The notes under the pieces: model-generated
The model's database searches: none
Seen by the model: the letters and a program-made list of their open reading frames with translations, nothing else
Told to the model about the DNA's origin: nothing
Part shown: positions 32,010-45,516 of the stretch, one piece after another
How the letters are laid out: every line of letters begins with the position of its first letter
Numbering within the stretch: position 1 is the stretch's first letter
Made by a program: the position numbers and the translations under genes
NCBI GenBank assembly: GCA_951406725.2
Contig: OX597816.1
Location: 160,766,001 to 160,830,000 of the forward strand
DNA from: Octopus vulgaris
Taxonomy: Eukaryota
DNA length: 64,000 bases
Reading direction: 5' to 3'

Positions 32010-32638
32010 AGTGCTTTCACTGCGCTACCGAGCGCAGCTCTGTGTGCCTTGAGTATGTACTGTGATTTGTTGTGATTGAAAGTGTTTTACATAGGATGTG
32101 TGCGATCCCTATCTGGCCTATTGGCCTTAATTTCTTTGTCTATGTGTATTGGCATATCCCAGAATATGGTTGCTTTCTCACTTTCTGTAACCTTTTCTGG
32201 ACAAAAACTGGCCCGAGAGAAAGCTATCCATGAAACGTCGGGCAGAGGTGGCTAACGCGTGTATTGCGTCCGTCATCTACTATCGCTTGAGCCTCGTGCC
32301 TTGTCCTGGCCTCCGTCTGATGAAGCTGGAGCGTATACTCTTCCGCTTTTGTGGAAGGAACGTTTCCCGATGGTCAGGCAGTTATTATTAGATAGACCTT
32401 TTTCTGTTGCTATTCCATAGTGTTGGCACAGCTTCCAGTGCATATAGGTCCCAACTCTGTCGTGTCTGTGAATATATTCCTACTTATCCAGGACTGGGCA
32501 GCCAGAGTATTGTTCCTTGTCCATCTCCACATATTCTGCAGTTAGTTGTATTTCTTTTCATTACATGTTTTTGGTAATTTCTGGTGGAGAGGCTTTGGTC
32601 TTGAGTTGCAATTAAAAATCCTTCAATCTCTGCTTTTT
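32010..32638 (-). mobile_element. Second Dong/R4-like fragment (Zn knuckle, REL start, 3' UTR)
   Basis: EGFLIATQDQSLSTRNY..CRICG..SGC..RHDRVG..HWKLC, then IFWDMPIHIDKEIKANRPD. Confidence 0.85.
32200..32382 (+). mobile_element. Tx1/L1-like LINE fragment
   Basis: RKLSMKRRAEVANACIASVIYYRLSLVPCP..LERILFRF matches the Tx1 post-RT motif. Confidence 0.7.
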
Positions 32639-32639
32639 A

Positions 32640-33246
32640 TTATTACCTCCGCCTTAGCGAAGGCGGAGGTATTGTTTTCAGTTGTATTTGTTTGTTTGTT
32701 TGTTTGATTGCTTGTCGGTGGACAAGGTATCTCAAGAACCACTGGATGGATTCGGATGAAACTTTCAGGGATGTTTGGCCTCGTGACTGGCACGAAGAGA
32801 TTAGATTTGGGGATCGTTCCGGTACTGGACAAGAATTCTGGATTATTTGTTATATCTACTTTACATGATTACGATCTTACGTTAACTTTCAAGTTTTTCT
32901 CAATTATCTCCCTTTAGGCTGTAGCTATTTTGAATTGTGAATTTGTTGACTTTGGCTTGTATTAGATAAGGATAAACTATTTATTACTGTTTCTAAATTT
33001 TCTACAGCCACCTTTACATTCCATGACTACCATTGGGATCGATCATGTACCGGACAAGGATCCTGGATTATTTTTCCGTTTTTTTTTTTAACATATATTT
33101 CGAGAGCGGTCGGGTTCATTTTTAGTATTCTCGTTTATGAGAGCAGTCGAGTTTATTTCAGATATTCTCATTTTGAAAATCATCTCCAGCAAATCATTGA
33201 GAGGACATTGGTATTGCATTGGCGGAGGTTTGCGCTCTCTGAGTGC

Positions 33247-33247
<1 letters not shown>
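32640..33247 (+). mobile_element. DINE-1/Helentron-associated non-autonomous element
   Basis: Subterminal cctccgcc with nearby inverted ggcggagg, (GTTT)n core, 3' ggcggagg then hairpin gcgctc-tct-gagtgc; T-rich insertion site. Confidence 0.8.
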
Positions 33248-33331
<84 letters not shown>

Positions 33332-33504
33332 TTTAATCAGCATCTTTGTTACAGTCATTTTCCGAGGCACACCCAGCTTCCTGGGGCGAGAGAAGGATAA
33401 GAGATGTTACAAAATGACTGAAAGCTTAGGGAGTGGAAGTAGTGAAATATCGTCATCATTATTATTATTGTTGTTGTTGCTTTGTTGTTGTTGTTATCAT
33501 CATT

Positions 33505-33539
<35 letters not shown>

Positions 33540-34262
33540 TGCCTTTGCACAGCTTCTAGCGCTGGAGATGTACTACGTTGTCAGCTGTTCACTACCAGTG
33601 AATTACGGTAAAACTCCTAATTTTTCGAGCACCTTCCAGAGTATTCGAGCGGTTCCAAGTAGTGCTGTTTTCTGCAAGTGCTCCACCCTTATTGCTACTG
33701 CTATTTTTTCATCGACCACAACTGCTTAACTTCCCAAGCTAACCTGTCATATCCATCGACTTCTCTTTCTTCCTTATCACATACCTTGTTGTCAGCTGGG
33801 CTCGATCACAACTGCTTAACTTCCCAAGCTAACCTGTCATATCCATCGACTTCTCTTTCTTCCTTATCACATACCTTGTTGTCAGCTGGGCTCGACCACA
33901 ACCGCTTAACTTCCCAAGCTAACCTGTCATATCCATCGACTTCTCTTTCTTCCTTATCACATACCTTGTTGTCAGCTGGGCTCGACCACAACCGCTTAAC
34001 TTCCCAAGCTAACCTGTCATATCTATCGACTGTTATATCTCTCTTCCTTATCGCATACCTTGTTGTCAGCTGGGCATGCTATATCTGTGATCCAACATAG
34101 TTTGCTTTTTTTCTCAATTAAGACTATGTCTGGTTTCCTATTATCTATCTCATGGTAGCACTGAATTATAAAATCCTCTTGGATCTTTGCATTATCATTT
34201 CCGATGATGCCTTCGGGTTTATGGTCGTACCACTTTTTTGCTCTGTGAAGTCCATATTTGTT
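33540..34262 (-). mobile_element. Third Dong/R4-like REL fragment
   Basis: KWYDHKPE..RKPDIVLIEKK..DIACPAD..LAWEVKQLW..LQKTALLGTARIL; flanked by trinucleotide repeats. Confidence 0.85.
33712..34074. repeat. 4 x 90-bp tandem repeat
   Basis: Units start at 33712, 33802, 33892 and 33982. Confidence 0.95.
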
Positions 34263-34289
34263 TATTATTATTATCATTATTATTATTAT

Positions 34290-34326
<37 letters not shown>

Positions 34327-34351
34327 TGTAGTAGTAGTAGTAGTGGTGGTG

Positions 34352-34470
<119 letters not shown>

Positions 34471-34813
34471 AGAAGTAGAAGTAGAAGTAGAAGGAGGAAG
34501 GAGGAGGAGGAGGAGAACAGCAACAACTACTGCTACTACAACAGCAACAACAACAACAACAACAGCAACAACAAGAGAGAAATTCAGATGAAAGTGATAT
34601 AACGTAGGGTGGAAGTGGGGGAAGGTTTAATAATAGTGACGGGGTACTTAGTTTATATAACACGAACGCAAATGCACCCGTAATAAGTGTACTGCCAGGG
34701 TGACGGCTGTGCTGTTAGGTTGTCACTTAACCTTAAACTTTTTGGTGCGGTTGACCCTTAAAACAAATTATTTGAAGGGAGAGGAGAGGAAAAGAGAAAG
34801 AAGAAGAAAGAAA

Positions 34814-34881
<68 letters not shown>

Positions 34882-34959
34882 ATATCTATATCTGTATGTA
34901 CTTCACGTATTTACTAATGTAAGGGGAACAGAATAAGTGATCAGTGAAAAGAGCCCTGT

Positions 34960-35790
34960 GTATGTTCGTGTATTTGTATGAGTGCATGTATAAGTGAGCG
35001 TCTGTGTGTATATGTGAGGGTATGTGTATATATGTGAGGGTATGTGTGTATATGTAAGGATATGTGTGTATGTGAGAGTATATGTGTGTATATGTGGGGT
35101 ATAGTGGAGGCGCAATGGCCCAGTGGTTAGGGCAGCGGACTCGCGGTCGTAGGATCGCGGTTTCGATTCCCAGACCGGGCGTTGTGAGTGTTTATTGAGT
35201 GAAAACACCTAAAGCACCACGAGGCTCCGGCAGGGGGTGGTGGTGATCCCTGCTGTACTCTTTCACCACAACTTTCTCTCACTCTTACTTCCTGTTTCTG
35301 TTGTCATGTATTTCAAAGGACCGGCCTTGTCACTCTCTGTGTCACGCTGAATATCCCCAAGAACTACGTTAAGGGTACACGTGTCTGTGGAGTGCTCAGC
35401 CACTTACACGTTAATTTCACGAGCAGGCTGTTCCGTTGATCGGATCAACCGGAACCCTCGTCATCGTAACCGACGGAGTGCTTCCATATGTGGGGTATGT
35501 GTGTATATGTAAGGATATGTGTGTATGTGAGAGTGTATGTGTGTATATGTGGGGTATGTGTGTATATGTAAGGATATGTGTGTATGTGAGAGTGTACATG
35601 TGTATATGTGGGTGTATGTGTGTATATGTTAGGCTATGTGTATATGTGAAGGTATGTGTATATATGTGAGGATATGTGTGTATATGTAAGGATATGTGTG
35701 TATTTGTGAGGGCATGGGTGTAGATGTGAGGGTATGTGTATATATGTGAGGGCATGTGTGTATATGTGAAAGTATATGTGTAGAAGAGTG
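34960..35790. repeat. ~20-bp minisatellite (tatgtgtgtatatgtgaggg)
   Basis: Degenerate tandem units, interrupted by a SINE. Confidence 0.85.
35103..35485 (+). mobile_element. tRNA(Arg)-like SINE family C, full length
   Basis: A box tggcccagtgg, B box ggtttcgattccc, possible 13-bp TSD atatgtggggtat; second copy at 51995-52345. Confidence 0.9.
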
Positions 35791-35799
35791 GATATTATT

Positions 35800-36007
35800 T
35801 TCTTTTATTCTTTTACATGTTTCAGTCACTGGACTGCGGCCATGCTGGAGCACCGCCTTTAGTCGAACAGATCGATCCCAGAACTTAATCTTTTTAAGCC
35901 TAGTACTTATTCTATCGGTCTCTTTTGCCGAACCACTAATCATCGGTGGTCAAGCGATGTTGGGAGGGGATAATCGCAGACACACATACACACACACACA
36001 CACACAA

Positions 36008-36097
<90 letters not shown>

Positions 36098-36628
36098 ATG
36101 TATGTATGTATAGTGAGAATTTGCAAAAGACGAAGACGGGTGTGTAAACAACAAACAAATGTATTAGTTTAATGCTCGGTAAGTGAGAAACTCTTTTACG
36201 TTTCGAGCCAACGCCCTTCGACAGAAAAGAACACAGAAATAAACAGGGAGATAGACAATAGAAAAGATTTAGTGGCTAGCGATCTATTATGGAGATCGAC
36301 GGGATTCTTTCAGTTTCCGTCTACCAAATCCACTCACAAGGCTTTGGTCAGCCGAGGCTATAGTAGAAGACATTTGCCCAAGGTGGCATGCAGTGGGACT
36401 GAACCCAGAACCACGTGAAACAAGCTTCTTACTACACAGCCACGTCTGCGCATATGTATGTATATGTGAGGGCATGTGCGTGTATTTGAGGGTGTGTGTG
36501 TGAATATATATATATATATATATGTGTGTACACTTTTATTCGCTTTCTTGTCTGGGTTTAGTCGAAGAAATCGACCCCAGGACTTATCTTTTGTGAGCCA
36601 TTACTCTATCGATCTCTTTTTTGCCGAA

Positions 36629-36662
<34 letters not shown>

Positions 36663-36852
36663 CAAATTTACAGAAAAACAAAAGACGAAGGCATGTGTAT
36701 GAACAACAAGCAAGTGTTTGAGGCTCGGGAAAATGAGAAAGTCTTTTACGTTTCGAGCATACGCTCTTCAGCAGAAAGGAATAAGAGAAAATAAACAGAG
36801 AGAATGAACAAATTTGTAGATTTAGCGGTCAAGCATGGCGAATGATTAGAAA

Positions 36853-36915
<63 letters not shown>

Positions 36916-37072
36916 CCTGACGGGCTTCTTTCAGTTTCCATCTACCAAATCCACTCAGAAGGCTACCATCGGCCGAGGTTATAACAGAAGACACTTCCCC
37001 AAGGTGCGACACAGTGGGAATGAACCCGGAACCATGTGGTTGAGAAGCAAACTTCTAACCACACAGCCACAT
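35800..37072 (-). mobile_element. Two SINE A copies, each split by a Penelope tail
   Basis: Tail/head pairs 35800-36000 / 36297-36450 and 36540-36630 / 36918-37072; inserts at 36110-36290 and 36660-36845. Confidence 0.8.
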
Positions 37073-38802
37073 GTTTGTATGTGTGTATGTTTGTGTATGG
37101 GAATATGTATGTGCATATGTATGTGTGTTTGTACGTGTCTGTTTGGAGGGGTGTGTTTCTGTGTATGCGTATATCCATGTGTGAATAAGTCTTCACAGCA
37201 AACTCGAACATGAAGCAGGCGAAGAGTCCGCTGGTCGGCGAAATACATACAAGATTTCTATTTAAAAAAATTCCAGGTGAGTGATTTACAGGCACCAATG
37301 CCTTAATTTCTACACGAACAGCTACATAACTTATTTATATATATATTTTTCTTTCCACTGAACTCCACAAGGACCATACTTGTAACACTTACATTGCATT
37401 AATTCAAATTCCTGTTTCTCATATTAAATTAAAATTGCTTCTGCTTGCATTCTATCAGACTCAAATGAACTGAAAATTTTACTCAAATGAACTGAACATT
37501 TTATTCATGAACGGAACATTTATTCATCACCTGAACATCTATTCATAACCTGAATTTTCGTTTCCATACCTTCTCAATTTTATTCACATTTTGCACTTCC
37601 ACTTTTTTTCAGTCGCATTGTTGCTCGTTGCATCTTGCATGCATATATTATTTTCTCGTTCACTTTGAAAATGTATTATTGCATATACACACGCACATGC
37701 ACCCTTCCTCAGCGCCTGGCCTTGCGCACGCATCTGCACACATTCATACACACATGCTAATTCTGTTACATTCATACCCCACACATGCCTTTCTCGCTTG
37801 TTTCTCATGCTCAATGCGCCCTTGTAGACACAACTCATCTCTATAAGACTCTAGGTCGGTCACTCATACATAGAGAAAGTTGTTTCTCTTTTACAATGCA
37901 CCAGCATGCCACACTTTTGTTCCTGCACGATCGAGGCATATAATACCTCATGCACTGGCTGGCATATTCAACATTGCCTTAATCACTGGCATATTCAATA
38001 ATGTACACTGTATTTGCAATCAAAGAACTTGCATATCTGCCTCAGCCTTGCAAGCCCTTTTTGCTCACATGCACATGCATCTCTATGCATCTCTATGCAC
38101 CTCAACTGCCTTAGTTTGCAACACGTCCGTGTCATTTCAATTCTTCTCCCGACTCAAAGCACGTCGGATGTTCATAAGCTCTGCGCTCATGTTTAGACAC
38201 AATTTCCCCTTATTAGACCCCCTGTTTGGTCACGTAATTAGCAGAGAAAATTATGTCTCCAGCATGCTTACAATGCCGTCCTTGCTACCTCAGCAATTAA
38301 CCACGACAACGGCACCAGACGCATTTCACTTTGTAAAAACCTTCCAGGCATTTCACACACTGCAACCCTGTAGGAAGATCTTTCATATCATAGATTGAGA
38401 ATACACTCATTCGCTCACCTGAGCTTATTTTACAGTCAATTTCGAAACGTGCACCTGCACTCGTGTATACACCCTCACGCGCACACATGCGCTCATTTGC
38501 TGTACTGCCCAGTCACTGACGGTACACATTTTGGCTCGCAAAGCGACACCGCTATTCGAACTAATCCGAATAGAAAACTGTCCCGTATACACTTCAACGA
38601 TCCTCTCTCCTGATATGCAAAATTTCTCCTCAACCATGCATTTCTTTCTCTCCTTCGATCATTCGTTTCCTTTCCCGGAACCTCACTGACGAGGAGAGAG
38701 TTGTAGGGAATCTTGCAAGCATGAAGTGGATTCGATCCACCATAGCCAAATTTAAGTTAACACATCAACAGAACTTTTCTCGAGCTAAAACAATAGTTTT
38801 TC

Positions 38803-39391
38803 TGTGACAGCAGTTTTACATTTGCCAGATTGCCTTAGCTAGGCCGAAATAATGTCTTCACCACTTGATTCTTTCTAACCCCTTCTAAATCACCAAAAGC
38901 TAGAATTAAGATAACAAGACCACCAACTAAATCTATTATTTTCAATGATATGTCCATCCTTCTGGATAGTTATAAAAGCAAGAAACCCAAGTAAAAATCA
39001 GTTAGTCACTTTGGTGACAACTCTTGAGTTAAGAGAGAACTAACATCAGTTAGTGAACCGACCACTAGAATCATAGAAGCAGGCAGACAAACGGCCAGAG
39101 AGAAAAAGAAAGACAACGTCCCACACTCTCTCACTCTCACTAGCTCTAATTCTGTTCTCTTACAACATCATCTATCTCTCTTTGCAATTACAACTAAACA
39201 ATGACGAGAATACAAACACCAACTATGCAAGGAAAATCTATATCTATCTTTACTTCGCATGCTTTACAATTTTATCACCTGCCCGTCGAGGCAAGGTATT
39301 GTATAACGTAACGTAAAAATAAACATTTCCTTATGATTTCATGCATCTTTCACATCTTACATGTCGTTACAACTTAATTCCAACCGTTACA
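38803..39391 (+). mobile_element. Possible solo LTR
   Basis: tgtgac..gttaca ends, TATAAAA near 38972, AATAAA near 39318; no TSD seen. Confidence 0.35.
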
Positions 39392-39409
39392 CAAAATTAA
39401 CTTCATTCG

Positions 39410-39458
<49 letters not shown>

Positions 39459-39459
39459 G

Positions 39460-39602
39460 TTGAAATTTACAGAAAAACAAAAAAAAAACGAAGACAGGTG
39501 TAGGAACAACAAGCAGGTGTATTACTTTGACGCTCAGAAAAAATGGAAAAGTCTTTTACGTTTCGAGCCTACGCTCTTCAACAGAAAAAGATTAAGAGGA
39601 GA
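39460..39602 (-). mobile_element. Penelope tail with CTGTTGA hammerhead variant
   Basis: Matches 43165-43320; other copies at 36110, 36660 and 51630. Confidence 0.8.
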
Positions 39603-40074
39603 AATGTATGTATGTATGTATGTATGTATGTATGTATGTATGTATGTATGTATGTATGTATGTATGTATGCATGTATGCATGTATGTATGTATGTATGGA
39701 CTCACGCACACGTACATGTATGTTTAGTTGGATGAATGCTACATAAGTGACTCAAGTCCTTAAGTCTGACTTATGTAAATAAATACACGTGTATGGGGGA
39801 GGAATAAAAGCAGGAAAAAGAACGTATGTGTGTATTAACAACAGTGAGGTAAAGGATATGAAAGTGTGTATGTAAATGTGTTTGAGCGCGTGTGCACGTG
39901 CGTGTGTGCATGTGCGTGTGTGTGAGAGAGAGAGCGTGTGTGAGTATGTGTGTGTTTGTGTGCGTGCGCGTGTATATATGCGGTGTTTATAATTGTATAA
40001 GAGGAAGTAATACATATGTAAGTAAACTTTCAAAAATGCGTCTGAGCAGGAGTACATGAATATGTGTATTATGA

Positions 40075-40142
<68 letters not shown>

Positions 40143-41904
40143 ACTTGCGGGTGGGGAAGGTCTGAGTGAGGGAGGGTACGAACGATGAGAGGAGACTTCC
40201 TACAAGTTTGTTTTGGAGTCTAATGAAAGAGGGGAAAGGTTATTTAGAAAGGAAGAAGATATATGTCAAAGATTTACATGACCACTAATTTCTATTCTTC
40301 GCTGCCTTTGTAGAATGACGGAAAACAGAACACGATGAAACATCTGTCTAGAACAGGCTTCCATTAAAGCAGATCGTATTTATATTGCTAAATCTACCGA
40401 CTTTCGTTGACAGGGAAAGACAAATAAACTGGTAGCCGTAAGAAAATATATGCACTGGTTAAACCTGTCTACCACCGCTATTTCAATGAAGGAAAAAAGG
40501 GTTTTAATGAAAGAAAATAAAACATTTTAATTAAATAAATGTGCACTAGTTTCCAAAGTAAAAAGATTTTATTTTTAAACAGAAAATTTTCTACATTTTT
40601 GAATAAGTAACAAAACAAAAAAATGCTTTTCGATTAAGTCAACATCGTAAATTATTTTGACTAAAGTTTTGCAAAAATTGTTTGATTCTAATAACATATG
40701 GTTAAAAGAACCGAAACAAAGACACAATGAACTCAGAGCAACTAAAATTTTACTATTTAACCCGTCACCCGTTTAATACGATCATTTGGTTATTGGATGC
40801 CTTCACTGGTATCCACTGAATTGTAAACATTCCGAGTAGAGGATAACGTGTACGTTTTCCTGTTACACAACTCTATGACTATGGTTTCCTCCTCCGTGTC
40901 TTCTTACCAACACTCCAATGTAACTGTATTAAAATGTTTGCTTTTCAGTCACATAGTTTCAGGTTCAATCTCTGCTATAGCCCAGGGCCAAGCAAAGCTT
41001 TGTCAGTGTTTGACTGAAAGAAGCCCGTCATATATATCTATATATTAGGATGTCTGATCAAAGAGTGACCACTTGCTTCGCACCTATAAAGCTCTTGGCA
41101 GTATAGGCAACTCGTCAGACTCAAATGACTGAAGGCGCATACCCTATCTACAACTAGAAAAAGAAAAACATAACGGTCAGATGGTTTGTAAACAAAAAAT
41201 ATACCAAAAATAAATGTCCGTGGTGCTGGCGGGACGGGGTTATCCCTCTTACTTCGGCTCCGGCTGTGGTAGTATTCGGAAGAGTTGCGGCGGGCCTACT
41301 CAACGAATGGAGAATTCCAAGTTCGTAGTAGAAAACGGTTTTAGGTGAAGGTATTGACTGAATACTTCTTTCCTGGAGTTTAAAAAGGTCCCCAAATCGA
41401 GTGAGTTTTATGTATATATCTCCATATTGTGCCTTTGTGTTTGTCCTCACACCAAACGCTTGACAACTAGTATTAATTTCTTTACGTGCCTGTAACTCAG
41501 CGGTTACAAAAGGGGCCGAGAGAATAAGTGCCAGACTTTAAAAAACAAGTACTAGGAAGATTTGTTCGACTGAACCCTTCAAATCGGTACCCCCACTTTA
41601 TTGACTTTAAAGAGTTTATCGCATAAAAAATGAAAGAATTATACGGAAAAATGTATGCTCTTTTTATTTTTTGATAATGATTTCTCAAGATAAGAAAAAC
41701 TTAGAAGACAATCTCTCCTCTTAAATAGCAATTCCCAGTAATTTCACCGCACGCACACACACACATATACTATATGCATAAACATTATGTATGTATGTAT
41801 GTATGTATGTATGTATGTATACAATTGCATGTATATACACAAATGTGTGTGTGTGTGTGTGTGTGTGATATAGCTGATTCACGATATTATCAAAAGTGTT
41901 TCAG

Positions 41905-42120
41905 GTGGCGAGCTGGCAGAATCGTTAGCACACCGGGCGAAAAGCTTAGCTGTATTTCGTCTGTCTTTACGTTCTGAGTTCAAATTCTGTCGAGGTCGAC
42001 TTTGCCTTTCATCCTTTCGGGGTCGATAAATTAAGTACCAGTGTTTCACTGGGGTCGATCTAATCGACTAACACTCCCCTCCCCCAAAATTTCAGGCCTT
42101 GTGCTTTTAGTAGAAAGGAT
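41905..42120 (+). mobile_element. SINE family B monomer
   Basis: Head, B box, central domain, tail ..ggccttgtgc..agtagaaagga. Confidence 0.9.
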
Positions 42121-43161
42121 TATCAAAAGTATTTCGCCTGTGATCATTTCCAGCGCTGGATTAAGCAGTCACCAGAGTAATCACGTGCTTAGAGTATTAA
42201 GGGAACTGGGGCCACCAGTAAATGATTTACGGCCCAAAAAGGATCACTTTAAACTTGTTAAAGTAATATTTCCAAGTGGTTTATATAATTGTAAATATAA
42301 TTTGGAGGTGTCCATGGTGTCATAATGAGAATCTCATTTCTACTCTAGGCACAAAGCCCGAAATATTTGAGTAAAGTGTTATCCAAACTGATGTTTATTG
42401 GTAATTAAACTTGATTTGTAACACCTGTGCGTATTTATCAGCTTTGTTTTTGTTGATAATTCTTATCAACAACTTTTCCTGTGATTGGGATTTGAGAAGA
42501 CATACAGCTGTATGCTAAAGATTGGACATAATCTCTTGTGGGCAAGAAATGTAAAGATAAAGTTTATTATAAACAACATAAACACTTTGTAATTTAACAG
42601 CTTTCAATGTGATACTTGTTAAAGAGAAATTATTTTTATTTAATGAAAATTTAATAATCATAAGCAAATGAAATTATACTAAATACATCTAAACTGAAAA
42701 CCTTTTTCTCCTGGCCATATTGTCAATTCTAAACACTTTTGGATGCGAATTTTACATGAAAAGCTTATCCTTTTAACAAATTTTATCCTGGAAATCACCT
42801 GCGTAAATTAAACATGTGCATGATTGATATTTCCTCCTAAGTTCTATATACTCTGGGAACGCATTAAAGCCCTTTTCAGGGCAACTTTATTCTAATTGTT
42901 ACTATCGGGTAACTAAGTTGTATGTTATTACGGAACTGACTTCACGATTTTGGTATTCATAACTTATTGGGATTTCCTAAAAACAAGATACTATGTAAGA
43001 CGGTTCGGTATTCTCTGCAAATGCACAAAAATCGTTTTAAGAGCTACATACTTTATATTGTTGCTACTGGATTAGCGAAACAATTATGAGAACGGGACCA
43101 GGGGATAAGCCCCGCTTTACCGGGAATTACCAGGTACGTCAGCTAGGATATATATATATAT

Positions 43162-44376
43162 ATAACGGGAAGCTTTATGAAAATAAACAAAAGACGAAGG
43201 CAGGTGGAGTACAAACAAACAATTGTATTAGTATGGCGCTCAGGAATAGAAATAAAACAAGTCTTTTACGTTTCGAGCCTACGTTCTTCAACAGAAAGAT
43301 ACACAGAAAAGAAACACGGAGAGAAACGAGGAGACAAAAAAAAATGCGTGCAAAAGCTAGCGATTCAACATGGCGATCTGATTCTGGCCAGAAGGCAGAG
43401 ATCAAAAGTGAGACGCAAGAGCGAAAATAGGGGAGATAACAGGGTCAATTGACTTCGCCCCAACATAAGGGTGCGTGTGTGTATGAGAGAGTATGTGGTG
43501 CGTATGAAAGGTCTGGACGTGTGTATGTATGTATGATGTGATGTGTAATGTCGTATGGTGTAGTGTAGAGAGGGGAGATGAGGGGAGAGGGGAGGAGGAG
43601 GGGACAGGGGGAGATGAGGGGAAGAGGGGAGAAGGAAAGAGGAGGGAGGAGGGAGAAGAGGAAAGGTGAGAGTGAGGAGGGGGAGAGGGGGAGAAGGAAA
43701 GAAGGAGGGGGTAAGGGTGAGATGAGATGAGAGGGGAGGGGAGGGGGAGAAGGAAAGAGGAGGGAGGAGGAGGGGGAAGGGGAGAAGGAAGTAGAGGAGA
43801 AGAGGAGGGAGATGGGAAAGCAGGGGAGAGTAGGGGGAAGGATAGGGGGGAGAGAGAAGGGGAGTGAGGGAGCAGAGAGAAAGAGAGAAGGGGAAGAGGG
43901 AAGAAGAAAGAGGAAAGAAGAGGAGGGAAGAGGAGAGAAAGAGAGTAGGGGTGAAAAGATGAAGGACCGAAGAGAAGCAGGAGTCGGGGGGGGCAGGTTA
44001 GATGAGGAGGAGGGGAGAGTTGAGACCAAATGGCGTAAAAGAGCGAAGAGAGAAGATTAATCCCTGTTCACGGCGCAAACGGGAATCCGGTTGGCCTCTG
44101 TGCGAGGACAAACCGAACACAGACAGGTGTTGCAAGGAGTGACCGGTAGAGCGGAAATGGCGTGAGACCGGTGTGTCCTTGGCAAGGCGGATGTCACGGA
44201 GGTGTTCCGCGAACCGGTAAGCCAAGCGGCGTCCCGTTTGTCCGATGTACAGGGAATGGCAGAGAGAGCAAGAGATGCAATAGATGATATTGCTGGAGGT
44301 GCAGGTGAAGGAGTTGATGTTGCGATAGGGTCGATGATGGATGCCAGTGAGGAGGGTGGTGTTGGAGAGGTAAGGG

Positions 44377-44381
<5 letters not shown>
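43162..44381 (-). mobile_element. Penelope-like element 3' end with GIY-YIG endonuclease (43998-44381)
   Basis: CPYL..FTCTSSNIIYCISCSLCHSLYIGQTGRRLAYRFAEH..VSRHF..RRE..I..L..PFGLN, then a ~430-bp polypyrimidine tract and a hammerhead tail; (TA)n on both sides. Confidence 0.93.
43260..43298 (-). ncRNA. Hammerhead variant (CTGTTGA core)
   Basis: cttt CTGTTGA a gaac gtag gctc GAAAC GTA aaag; stem II is perfect (gagc/gctc) in the 39460 and 51630 copies. Confidence 0.6.
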
Positions 44382-44440
<59 letters not shown>

Positions 44441-44445
<5 letters not shown>

Positions 44446-44578
44446 GTAAAATAATATGTGACAATTATTCAATATCCAAGATAAAACTCTGATGGTGTTG
44501 TGGATTTACACTTCGGCATCCGAAACTCAGAGTTTTATCTTGGCTATTGAATAATTGTCACATATTATTTTACAGATA
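44441..44578. repeat. Fold-back, Penelope-like
   Basis: Arms 44441-44492 / 44527-44578 with GAAAC at the right-arm junction; in (TA)n. Confidence 0.85.
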
Positions 44579-44640
44579 AATTTCCTCTATTTACATAATA
44601 TTTAGGTCTCTTTCTTTCTTTTGTTACCTTAACGTTTTTA

Positions 44641-44712
<72 letters not shown>

Positions 44713-44846
44713 GTACTGTTCCGTGATGATAAGATCAATGTGTCTTGTGTCTGATGACTGTGCCAAAACGTCGAACGTGTAATAAAACATTGTTTGGTAT
44801 GTTCTCAGCACAAGAAACATATGTGTGTGTGTATGTGTGTGTATTA

Positions 44847-45117
44847 AAGTAAGTAAAGACCCCTTTCGGTAACGTATGACCATGGGGTTGCACTCCGAGC
44901 GACAAGACCAGCAGTTGCCCATGCACACCAGCCTCCCTTCTCCACATCACTGATGTTATCCAAGGGAAAGGCAAAGGGGCCAATACAGCTTGGCACCAGT
45001 GACGTTGCAACTTACTGCTACAGTTGAGTGAACTGGAGTAACGTGATATAAAGTGTCTTGCTCAAAAACACAACCACAGCCCGATCCGGGAATCGAAATC
45101 ACAACCTCACGATTGCG
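44847..45117 (-). mobile_element. tRNA-derived SINE family D (second copy 53833-54170)
   Basis: B box atttcgattccc, ttgagcaagacactt core motif and shared 3' end ..catggtcat..gtctttac. Confidence 0.85.
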
Positions 45118-45140
45118 CTTTCATTCACACACGTGTGTGT

Positions 45141-45194
<54 letters not shown>

Positions 45195-45444
45195 AAGTAG
45201 TGTGGAAAGGCAAACAATTAGGCAAGATAAAGACATTTAATTTCATTTAATTCAGTTTGAGTTTAGCTACATAACCTTTTGAGTCATCCTGACGAAAACT
45301 CCTCATATCCCCCTTCTCTCTATGTCTTTCTCTGTCTCTCCCACTCCCTCTCTCCCCCTCTCTGTCTTCCTCCTTCTCTCCGCCTCTCTCTTTCCCTCTC
45401 TGTTTCTTTATCCATCCATCCATCTATCCATCCATCCATCCATC

Positions 45445-45516
<72 letters not shown>

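Noticed and set aside
32318-32365. CTGATGA followed by gaacgtttc as a hammerhead
   Set aside because: Lies in Tx1 coding sequence, with no stem II or GAAA in register.
33712-34074. CRISPR-like periodicity
   Set aside because: Whole units repeat with no unique spacers, the sequence derives from a retrotransposon, and the context is eukaryotic with no cas genes.
35106-35180. Functional tRNA gene
   Set aside because: Cloverleaf imperfect and continuous with a repeated SINE body; the same applies to the other heads.
41253-41372. Clean 120-nt minus-strand exon (AG..GTAAGA)
   Set aside because: It lies in an insert that splits a SINE A at its microsatellite, so it is more likely TE-derived.
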